Source: Candidatus Riflebacteria bacterium HGW-Riflebacteria-1
GTDB taxonomy: Bacteria; Muiribacteriota; Ozemobacteria; Ozemobacterales; Ozemobacteraceae
DNA: 64,000 nt
NCBI GenBank assembly: GCA_002839445.1
Contig: PGYB01000011.1
Span: 13,817-77,816, forward strand
Direction of reading: 5' to 3'
Shown here: in pieces, positions 19,474 to 27,692 of the stretch
Position numbering within the stretch: the stretch's first letter is position 1
How the letters are laid out: the number at the start of each line of letters is the position of its first letter
Translations under genes and position numbers: made by a program
The notes under the pieces: model-generated
Told to the model about the DNA's origin: nothing
The model's input: only the letters and a program-made list of their open reading frames with translations
Databases searched by the model: none

Positions 19474-19664
19474 TCGATGTCGACCGAGACGTAGTCGCCC
19501 TCCTGCAGATCGCGATTTTTGAATTTTTCGCGTGGCACATAAATTTCCTGCATTGCCTCAGGATCATCAGGGTGACGAACAACAACAACAACGATGCCGG
19601 CTGTGATGCGGTCGACAACTCCCTGCACCCGTTTTTTCTTTTTAGTATCTCTGGTTCCTTTCAT
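19470..19664 (-). CDS. Small DUF3006-like protein
   Basis: GVVDRI...IYVPREKF...LQEGDYV pattern; AGAGGAGG SD. Confidence 0.65.
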   Translation of the reverse strand: MKGTRDTKKKKRVQGVVDRITAGIVVVVVRHPDDPEAMQEIYVPREKFKNRDLQEGDYVSVDIE

Positions 19665-19745
19665 GGCGTATCCTCCTCTTTCTTTCTATCTTTTTTTCTC
19701 TATCCTAATTCTAATGATTTTTGCTGTTGTTTGCAGGTGTTTTTT

Positions 19746-19853
19746 GCAGGGGGCTCAACATCGTAGAGGGGCAACATCGTAGGGGTTCAACATCGTATGG
19801 CTCAAAATCGTAGGCGTTCAACATCGTAGGTGTTCAACATGTTGAACCCCTGC
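19746..19853. repeat. Tandem array of six ~16-nt GTAG-REP-like units ending in an inverted copy
   Basis: Unit consensus GTAGGGGTTCAACATC; the last unit forms the palindrome ...TTCAACATGTTGAACCCCTGC. Confidence 0.85.
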
Positions 19854-19943
19854 AAGAGATCAATGTATTCTTCTTTACCTTGTTTGAACTATCTGCTATT
19901 ATGCCTCAGTACAACGCGATATAGCCACAGGGGGAGGTTCCCG

Positions 19944-20228
19944 GTGAACAATAACAAGGAACAGGTCGTAATTACCGTGCTTGGCGCCAATAACCCCGGC
20001 ATTCTTGCCGGCATAACCCGCACCATTGCCGATTCAAACGTAAATGTCGAAGACGTCAGCCAGAAAATCATGCAGGATCTCTTTGCCCTGATGATGATGA
20101 CCGACTTTTCAGCGGCCAACTGCAGTTTTGAAGAATTTCAGAACCGCATGCAGGCCATGGCCGACCAGCTTCGCGTCAAAGTTTTCATCCAACACGAAGA
20201 TGTTTTCAGGTATCAGCATCGACTCTGA
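19944..20228 (+). CDS. ACT domain protein (UPF0237-like)
   Basis: GTG start after GGAGG; VITVLGANNPGILAGIT, EDVSQKIM, QHEDVFRYQHR; typical partner of DUF711. Confidence 0.9.
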   Translation: MNNNKEQVVITVLGANNPGILAGITRTIADSNVNVEDVSQKIMQDLFALMMMTDFSAANCSFEEFQNRMQAMADQLRVKVFIQHEDVFRYQHRL

Positions 20229-20286
20229 TGCTTGATGGTCACCGCGCTGCCCGCCGCCGCGCGTATTGCAACGATGGAGGCAATAA

Positions 20287-21648
20287 ATGCTTTTTTCGCT
20301 CGAAGAAGTCATCGAAACCATCAGTGCCGTAGGTGTCGAAACCTTTGATATCCGCACGGTTTCATGCGGTATCAACATACTGAGTTGTGCTGATTCTGAT
20401 GTTAACAAATGCGCCGAAAAGGTCTACGAAAAGGTAGTCAGAGTCGGTCGCGATCTTGTGCCAACCGCCCGCATCCTCGAAAAAAAATACGGTATCCCCA
20501 TCGTTAACAAACGCATTTCAGTTACCCCGGTTTCAATGCTTGCTAACGCATTCACCGAGCCTACCGCCGTACCTATAGCCATTGCTCTCGATAACGCCGC
20601 TAAAGAACTGGGTATTGATTACATCGCCGGCTTTGGTGCCCTTGTTCATAAGGGTTTCACTCGTGGCGACCAGATTCTGATTAATTCGATTCCTGATGCG
20701 CTCTGTAGCACTGATCGAGTCTGCTCCAGCGTTAATATCGGCAGCTCGCAGTCCGGTATCAACATGGATGGCGTCTATCGCATGGCCGAAGTCGTCAAGG
20801 AAGCCGCCGAACGTTCGCGCGATAAAAACGGCCTGGCCTGCGCCAAGCTGGTTGTGTTCTGCAACGCTGTCGAAGACAACCCCTTCATCGCCGGCTCTTT
20901 CCTCGGTGCCGGTGAAGCCGAAGCCATAATTAACGTCGGTATTTCTGGCCCCGGCGTCGTGCGCGCTGCACTCGAACGTGCCGGCAACCTCTCATTTGGC
21001 GAACTTTCTGAACTTATTAAAAAAGTCAGCTTCAAAATTACCCGGACTGGTGAGCTTATCGGCCGCGAAGCATCACGTATGATGGGTATTCCATTCGGAA
21101 TTATCGATCTGTCACTGGCTCCAACACCAGCTGCGGGCGATTCAATCTCTGATATTCTCGAACTCATGGGACTCGAACGCACCGGCTGCCACGGCACTAC
21201 AGCGGCTCTTGCCATGCTCAATGACGCCGTTAAAAAGGGCGGCATGATGGCGGCCACCTACGCCGGCGGCCTCAGCGGCGCCTTTATACCGGTTACCGAA
21301 GATGCCGGCATGTGCCGCGCCATTGAAGACGGTGCTCTCAACATTCAAAAACTCGAAGCCATGACCTGCGTCTGCTCGGTTGGCCTTGATATGGTCGCGA
21401 TTCCCGGCGACACTTCGGTCGATGTAATTGCCGGCATTATTGCTGACGAAGCTGCTATCGGCATGATCAACCACAAGACCACCGCCTGCCGCCTGATCCC
21501 GGTACCCGGTATGAAAGCCGGCGATGTCGTTGATTTCGGCGGCCTGCTTGGCAAAGGCCCGGTAATGGAAGTAGGCCGCCACTCTCCGGCCGTGTTCGTG
21601 CGTCGCGGCGGCCGCATACCAGCTCCCGTCCACAGCATGAAAAACTAG
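20287..21648 (+). CDS. DUF711/UPF0210 (PFL-family) protein
   Basis: YGIPIVNKRISVTP, EDNPF, GGLSGAFIPV, CVCSVGLDM, GGRIPAP. Confidence 0.93.
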   Translation: MLFSLEEVIETISAVGVETFDIRTVSCGINILSCADSDVNKCAEKVYEKVVRVGRDLVPTARILEKKYGIPIVNKRISVTPVSMLANAFTEPTAVPIAIALDNAAKELGIDYIAGFGALVHKGFTRGDQILINSIPDALCSTDRVCSSVNIGSSQSGINMDGVYRMAEVVKEAAERSRDKNGLACAKLVVFCNAVEDNPFIAGSFLGAGEAEAIINVGISGPGVVRAALERAGNLSFGELSELIKKVSFKITRTGELIGREASRMMGIPFGIIDLSLAPTPAAGDSISDILELMGLERTGCHGTTAALAMLNDAVKKGGMMAATYAGGLSGAFIPVTEDAGMCRAIEDGALNIQKLEAMTCVCSVGLDMVAIPGDTSVDVIAGIIADEAAIGMINHKTTACRLIPVPGMKAGDVVDFGGLLGKGPVMEVGRHSPAVFVRRGGRIPAPVHSMKN

Positions 21649-21670
21649 TCAGAAGACATGCATTTCAACC

Positions 21671-21706
21671 GGCCCTGAAAGCGTAACACGCTTTCAGGGC
21701 CTTTTT
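21671..21706 (+). terminator. Intrinsic terminator
   Basis: GGCCCTGAAAGCGT-AAC-ACGCTTTCAGGGCC-TTTTT. Confidence 0.9.
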
Positions 21707-21726
21707 AATCACTTCTAAGAGCCAAG

Positions 21727-24672
21727 ATGTATAAAAACAAAGAGCTTCATCTGCGCGGCATGATCAGCCTGGTGTTTGCTTTTGTCGTGCTGGCTCCCCT
21801 GATCCTTATTGTTGCTGACCTCGCTAATGTGGCAAAGCAGCTTTGCCAGCAAAAGCTAGCTGCTGCCCGCCAGGAAGTCAAACAGGAGCTTGCGTTATTT
21901 CGCGAAAGTCTTATTCCACGGCAGTTTGTCGAGAATCTCATCAAGGCCGGCGAAGCGTGTGTCGGTCTGAACCCTGAAACCATGCAGCGCCCGGTGTTTG
22001 CGCGCAATCAGGATGCCGGTGTTTTTACTTCTGCAACCATAGCTCAGCTGCTCGAGTTTTATCAGCGCCAGACTGGAATAAAGCCCCTGGTTATGGTCTC
22101 TTTCAACACAGACTATGCCAATGTCTGGAGCTGGTTTAATGAAGACTATTCCGCTCTGAGAACACTCACTGATTCCGACCGCCGGCGTTTTACCTCGTTG
22201 CTCCCGATCTTTGTAGCAGACACAGCCACCTTTACTCCGGTCATTTCGAGCAATCCTGATGCTTTCGCGAACTTTAACAAACTTTTCGCGGGTGCCCTTC
22301 TCGGCGATCGGCGGGACTTCGCAACGCAAAAGTTCTTTTATGACTATCTGGGCGATCTGGCATATCGACCGCCCCACTATGGCCGGGTTTATGAGATGGC
22401 AACGACGCGTCTTGGTTCCCGGCGGTTTTTTACCTATCATCTGCCCGTCAAAGAAGGTGAAATGGTATACGGCGGTTATTTTGTGTTATTCGGCAGCAGA
22501 AATATCGCCACCGCAAAAATTCTTGAGTTATCCAGAAAAGGCACCCGTCCCGGCATGAAAAGGTTTTTTACCTCGGCTGACAAGTTCAGAAATAATCAGA
22601 TAGTCAGTCACAACAGCTTGTCGCTGAGTATGCCCTTTCCCGTCGAGCTCGCTTCCTACGACCGTCTGAGCGGCTCAATAAGCCAGTTCCCGGAAAGAAT
22701 AGCCGTTGCATTGTCAATAAGCGATCTCAGGAAGACTCATGACGATTATCTGAGCAATCTCGCTGTTTTCTGCCGTTTCGTCAGTCTAACGATATTCGCG
22801 GTAGCGGTTTATTTTACCCTGTTTGGCTTTCCTGGTGGCTTTCGACTGCGTCTGCGCATGATTGCCATCATTGCCCTGACCATTTTTTTACCATGGATCA
22901 TTCTTGGCTATTTTTGTCTCAGTCTGTTTGACAGCGTGCAAACCCTGGCTGGTCACGAACTGCGCGCAGAAGCTGGAAGTTCAATGTATCGTCTGATCAG
23001 TTATTATCACGATCAGAAACTGCAGCTCAATCTGGAACTGCTGAAAGCAAAAGACCGTCTGCTCAGATATGACGACAAAGCGCCAGAAGAACTCGAGAAA
23101 CTGCACGCACATAACATCGTTCCACCGGGCAGCAATTTTGATCTGTTATATTTTCGTGCAGATGGGTTCGCAAGAACATTCAGAGCAAAACATACTGAAA
23201 ACATATCTGTCCGCCGTATTGATTGTTATCTTGCCGCCAGATACATGGATAATCTCGGGGTGATCGACCGCGGTGTTCCAGCTAATCGTAAGTATCTTGA
23301 ACAGGGCGAATATTCTGCTGGCTTTATGGATTCACTTCAGATCAATTATTCAGAGCACACCAATATGTTTCTTGAAGGCGTCGAAACCCGTGAATGGAAA
23401 AAAGCCGACGAACTTTCCCGTATGGTTTATTTTCTGCTGCCTGATCCGAAATTGCCGGGGCAGCCGGTCAGGTCTGTCGCCAAAATTTCAATAAGTAGCC
23501 CAAATTTTGTGATGATAAGGCCTGGCAGCTTTAATCCCGGAGTCTATTCGCAGAGACTTCCGCAGCAGCAGCATGATTTTTTGATTGGTCAGCGTCGGGT
23601 TGACGACTCAATTCTGCGCTGGTGGCCTGATTATATCAATTCTTCTTCTGAACTCAAGCGCCAGGTTGATCTGGCTGCAAGCACTCGCAGTGGCGGCTCC
23701 AGGCTGACTCAGGATGGTAACGGTTTCAGGTTTGTTAATCGCCGCTACCTGAAAAGTCAGAGTCTTGTTTTCTCTGGCGTTTCTACAGCAGCGCAGGATC
23801 TCAGGGTAGAAATGCTGCTCAAGCTGTTTCCATTCGTTCTGCTGGCGCTGGCGCTGATATGCCTGTTTTTGTTTGCCGATCTGCTGGCCGCCATGTTCAT
23901 CAACCCGGTAGCCGGTTTTCGTTCCGCAACAGCTGAAATAGCTGGTGGCAACTACCAGGTGGCCGTAAAAATAGCGGCAACTGATGAGTTTTCTTCGCTT
24001 GCTGATGCATTTAACCGCATGGCTACCGGTCTTGCTCAACGCGAAAAAATGCGCCGCTTTGTTTCCGAAAACCTGTTTGAACGCATCGGGCAAAGCAGCA
24101 GTGATAATGCGGGAGCCAGTGAAGTCACTTTGCTGGCCAGTGACATTCGCAGCTTTACCACGCTCAGCGAAAAGCATGAGCCGCAGCAGATTGTCAGTCT
24201 GCTCAATGACTATTTTACCGAGATGGAATGCGCGATCAAAGAATCTGGCGGACTGATCGAACGTTTCGTGGGGGACGCAGTTGTCGCCGTTTTCTACAAC
24301 GACCAGACCGAAAAACCTGAGCATCGTGCGGTGCAGGCTGCTGTTCGTATGCGGGCGCGACTGGCCGGCCTGAACCGTCAGCGAACAGCTGCCGGGCTGT
24401 TTAACTTCGACAATGGCATAGGTATTGCAACCGGCGAAGCGGTTTCGGGAATTGCCGGCAGCTCGGCCGGCCGCCAGATCTTTTCTGTTATTGGCGAAGT
24501 GACCGGTCTTGCCGAAAAGCTCGAAAGCGCAAGTCGAAATGTGGCGTCACGCATTCTGATCTGCCCGAAAACAGCGGCCGGACTAGCTGATAGAACAGAT
24601 CTCAGCGAGGTGACCGGACAGTTTGGATTCGCAGCTTTTACCATAGTGGCCGACGAGGTGCTCAATGGCTGA
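21727..24672 (+). CDS. Membrane HAMP/class III cyclase, A-type subunit 2
   Basis: SDIRSFT, ERFVGDAV; FSVIGEVTGLAEKL (no N/R). Confidence 0.9.
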   Translation: MYKNKELHLRGMISLVFAFVVLAPLILIVADLANVAKQLCQQKLAAARQEVKQELALFRESLIPRQFVENLIKAGEACVGLNPETMQRPVFARNQDAGVFTSATIAQLLEFYQRQTGIKPLVMVSFNTDYANVWSWFNEDYSALRTLTDSDRRRFTSLLPIFVADTATFTPVISSNPDAFANFNKLFAGALLGDRRDFATQKFFYDYLGDLAYRPPHYGRVYEMATTRLGSRRFFTYHLPVKEGEMVYGGYFVLFGSRNIATAKILELSRKGTRPGMKRFFTSADKFRNNQIVSHNSLSLSMPFPVELASYDRLSGSISQFPERIAVALSISDLRKTHDDYLSNLAVFCRFVSLTIFAVAVYFTLFGFPGGFRLRLRMIAIIALTIFLPWIILGYFCLSLFDSVQTLAGHELRAEAGSSMYRLISYYHDQKLQLNLELLKAKDRLLRYDDKAPEELEKLHAHNIVPPGSNFDLLYFRADGFARTFRAKHTENISVRRIDCYLAARYMDNLGVIDRGVPANRKYLEQGEYSAGFMDSLQINYSEHTNMFLEGVETREWKKADELSRMVYFLLPDPKLPGQPVRSVAKISISSPNFVMIRPGSFNPGVYSQRLPQQQHDFLIGQRRVDDSILRWWPDYINSSSELKRQVDLAASTRSGGSRLTQDGNGFRFVNRRYLKSQSLVFSGVSTAAQDLRVEMLLKLFPFVLLALALICLFLFADLLAAMFINPVAGFRSATAEIAGGNYQVAVKIAATDEFSSLADAFNRMATGLAQREKMRRFVSENLFERIGQSSSDNAGASEVTLLASDIRSFTTLSEKHEPQQIVSLLNDYFTEMECAIKESGGLIERFVGDAVVAVFYNDQTEKPEHRAVQAAVRMRARLAGLNRQRTAAGLFNFDNGIGIATGEAVSGIAGSSAGRQIFSVIGEVTGLAEKLESASRNVASRILICPKTAAGLADRTDLSEVTGQFGFAAFTIVADEVLNG

Positions 24673-27586
24673 AATCACCACCCGCAGCACCATAAAAATA
24701 GAGCGTCGTGTCGGCTTTATGACGCTGCTGGCTGTCTGGTTGGCCGTGTTTGTTTTGCCCGTTGTTCTGCTGCAACTGAGTCTCGACTATCTGTTTAAAC
24801 TGACGCGCCAGGCGAATTTGCGGGCGATGACTCCGAAAATGACCAACGAGATGGACAGTTTTCGCAACGACCTCGAAATTGATAACTATCTGCAGAGAAG
24901 CCTCGAAAAGTTCTTTGCTGACCCCGCCAGCCAGTCTGAGAACGATCCGGCAATGCTGGCAAAAAAACTGCGCGCGACTGCAGATCTGCCGGTGGCCGGC
25001 GTAATATCACATTCAGCCGATACCATCAATGTGGAACACTGGTTCGGCGAACAACTCGCCAGAGAAATCCCCAGTCTTTCGCGCAGTCTCACACGCCGCT
25101 GGCTGGTATCAGTCAATGAGCAGCAGCTTTTCCGCTTTCACAGCACTGCAGCCGAAGCCGCTACCCAGGCACTTTTTCGCTTTGTCGATCCGGCAAAGTC
25201 GAAAAGAGATTCAGACCTGTTTTTTCGACGAATGTTTGCCCTGATCGCAGAACTTCCGTTGGTTCCCCGACGGATCACCCGCTCGCTGTCATCGCGACTG
25301 GGCGGCCCGGTGTATTTTTATTACCATCCCTTCGTTGCACCGTCTGCATCTGGTCTGCACATTACCGGGGGGTGTCTGCTGATTTTCCGCGGCCCGGATA
25401 TCGCATGGCGAAAAGTTGCCCGCGCAGCAGTTGAGCGCTCGGCGCCAGGACTGTTTCGCTGTTTTGCCAGGCTTTCGGATTCACTTTGGGAACGCGATAC
25501 CAGTCTTCAAAAGGTTATCACCAGGTTTTTTGAAGACTCTGACGGATATCACTTTCAGTCGACGCTTTCTCAGAGCAGCATGGTCGATCTTACGCAAAAC
25601 GGCTCTTTCATGCCGGTCCGGCTGCGTGAATTTGCCAGCAGAATGCCGCTTCTGCAGATCTCAATTGCCGAATCGCAATTACAGCACCCGTTGTTTCCAT
25701 ATCGATCTCATATCAGCTTTGCCGGAAAACTTTTTGTTTTGTTCGGTACTCTTTTTCTGACCAGCTTTTTTATGTTTGGCTTCGAATTCAAAGCAGGTAT
25801 AACGACCAAAGTGGTTATTGGTACCGCATTTATTCTGCTGCTGCCGTTTCTGCTGCTTCTCGCCGGTTTTGTCAGCTGGAACCAGTTTAACCAGGTTGTC
25901 GGCTGGTACCGGTTGGAATCAGGACAGCAACAGTTGTTTTCAGATTTTACCGACGATTTTGCCACTTTCCTGATCAGTTTGCAGCGCAATACTTATGATT
26001 TGTCGTTACAGCTTGAGAGGCCTCTTGATTCGGGAAAAGACGATGAAATTCAAGGTGTTTTAGCGCGCTGGCTCGACCAGAATCCTGTTGTCTCAGGCCT
26101 GCGTTTTGACCGCAAGTTTAACGACAGCCTGAATTTGCGCTCGCCTTCAGCAAAGGATTCTGATGATGCTGTGCGCGAATCTACCATGCGCCTGGTTGCT
26201 GCAACGATAATGTATGGGTTTGATGATGAAGGAGCGCTGAAAGAGTCCAATAAATTCGGCCAGGAGGGCGATATCACTTCGATAAATTCAAGCTTCATTA
26301 ACGACGTGGTCAATCGTTGCGGCGGAGTTTATCAGTTTGCTTCTTTTGGCAGTAGCCGTAGATTTTCGTCCATATACTATAATTACCCCGGCAAATACAG
26401 TATTCGTGCCATCATCACTGCAGCTTTTGAGCGTGAAAATCTGTTGCGTGAATTCGCCATCAGGCACTTCGCTGCACCATCCGATATTTTTCATCAGTTT
26501 TTTCTGATTCGCGAAGATCTCGGCGTGCCGAGATTTTACAGCCTTACAGACAACAGCGAAGTAACCGATGCAAAGCTGCTCGAACATCTTAATCTGGCGC
26601 TGATTTCCGGGCACAATCTTTATGAGCCGGAAAAGAACCAGCTTGCCCAGATTTTTGCGATGAGTGATATGCCATTGCTGATGCTGACGCGTGGCACAAT
26701 TGGCAGCAGCCAGTTGTTTGCACCGGGTTTTACGATTCTGCTGCTTTTGTATGCGTTGCTTCTCATGGTGCTGATCCTGCTGGTTTTCAAACTGATATAT
26801 CTACAGCCTATCGCGGAATTTATACGAGTCACCGAGAGTGTTGCGGTCGGCGACTATCAGCAGCAGGTCGAACTTTCACAGACCGACGAGTTTGGCGATC
26901 TTAAGGTCGCCTTTGATAGCATGATCAAAGGCCTCGAACAACGTCGTCGCCTCAGTCATTTTCTTTCAAGTGAAGCATTGCGTGCGGTAGAGTCTGATGG
27001 CGATGACAGTATGGCTCCGGGTGGAATACGTCTTGAGGCCAGCGTTGCTTTTGTGCGTCTGCATAACCTTCAGCAGCATGCCCAGGGCTCACAGGCAATT
27101 TTTAAGACACTTGGCGACTTTATCAACGAAGCTGACCGTGCTGCCATGCGTTACGGCGGCGTTGTCGACAAGCTGATCGAGGACACTCTCATGCTGGTAT
27201 TTCGAGGCAACAGCGGTTGTTGCGATCATGCGCCTGCTGCTGCCACGGCGGTACTCGACCTGGTTGCAACGATGCGGAGTTGTGGTTTTGAGCTGCGTGG
27301 AGCTATTGCCAGCGGAACAGTGGTCTCTGGCCGTATTGGCTCACGCCTTGGCAAGCTTGATTTTACCGTGATCGGCGACACGGTAAATCTTGCCGCCCGT
27401 CTCAAGGCCGAAGCGCATCGCACCACACAGACCGGAATCATCGTAGCGCCCTCGACCATACGCCTGTTGCGCGGTCGCGCCCGTGTCAACTTCATTGAGC
27501 GCGTTGAAATCAAGGGTAAAAGCCGCGAATACCCGCTTTATGAGCTGACCGCCCTGCGTCAGAGCTTATCAAAAACTGAAAATTAG
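24665..27586 (+). CDS. Membrane HAMP/class III cyclase, B-type subunit 2
   Basis: ATGGCTGA overlap; DKLIED, DFTVIGDTVNLAARL, KGK; first metal-binding Asp absent. Confidence 0.9.
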   Translation: MAEITTRSTIKIERRVGFMTLLAVWLAVFVLPVVLLQLSLDYLFKLTRQANLRAMTPKMTNEMDSFRNDLEIDNYLQRSLEKFFADPASQSENDPAMLAKKLRATADLPVAGVISHSADTINVEHWFGEQLAREIPSLSRSLTRRWLVSVNEQQLFRFHSTAAEAATQALFRFVDPAKSKRDSDLFFRRMFALIAELPLVPRRITRSLSSRLGGPVYFYYHPFVAPSASGLHITGGCLLIFRGPDIAWRKVARAAVERSAPGLFRCFARLSDSLWERDTSLQKVITRFFEDSDGYHFQSTLSQSSMVDLTQNGSFMPVRLREFASRMPLLQISIAESQLQHPLFPYRSHISFAGKLFVLFGTLFLTSFFMFGFEFKAGITTKVVIGTAFILLLPFLLLLAGFVSWNQFNQVVGWYRLESGQQQLFSDFTDDFATFLISLQRNTYDLSLQLERPLDSGKDDEIQGVLARWLDQNPVVSGLRFDRKFNDSLNLRSPSAKDSDDAVRESTMRLVAATIMYGFDDEGALKESNKFGQEGDITSINSSFINDVVNRCGGVYQFASFGSSRRFSSIYYNYPGKYSIRAIITAAFERENLLREFAIRHFAAPSDIFHQFFLIREDLGVPRFYSLTDNSEVTDAKLLEHLNLALISGHNLYEPEKNQLAQIFAMSDMPLLMLTRGTIGSSQLFAPGFTILLLLYALLLMVLILLVFKLIYLQPIAEFIRVTESVAVGDYQQQVELSQTDEFGDLKVAFDSMIKGLEQRRRLSHFLSSEALRAVESDGDDSMAPGGIRLEASVAFVRLHNLQQHAQGSQAIFKTLGDFINEADRAAMRYGGVVDKLIEDTLMLVFRGNSGCCDHAPAAATAVLDLVATMRSCGFELRGAIASGTVVSGRIGSRLGKLDFTVIGDTVNLAARLKAEAHRTTQTGIIVAPSTIRLLRGRARVNFIERVEIKGKSREYPLYELTALRQSLSKTEN

Positions 27587-27692
27587 TGTAGCCTTATTGC
27601 ACTGTTTTGCATTGGCTGGAGAGGTTACACCTGTTATCATTTCTCAATTGCGGATGATAACGTGAAAGCGAAATACGCCTGGATAAAACGGA

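Noticed and set aside
19465..19478. CCCTACTCGAT resembling a group II intron 3' end
   Set aside because: Explained by the REP palindrome end plus the reverse strand of the small gene; no D5 directly upstream
19746..19853. Mini CRISPR array
   Set aside because: 16-nt contiguous units with no spacers
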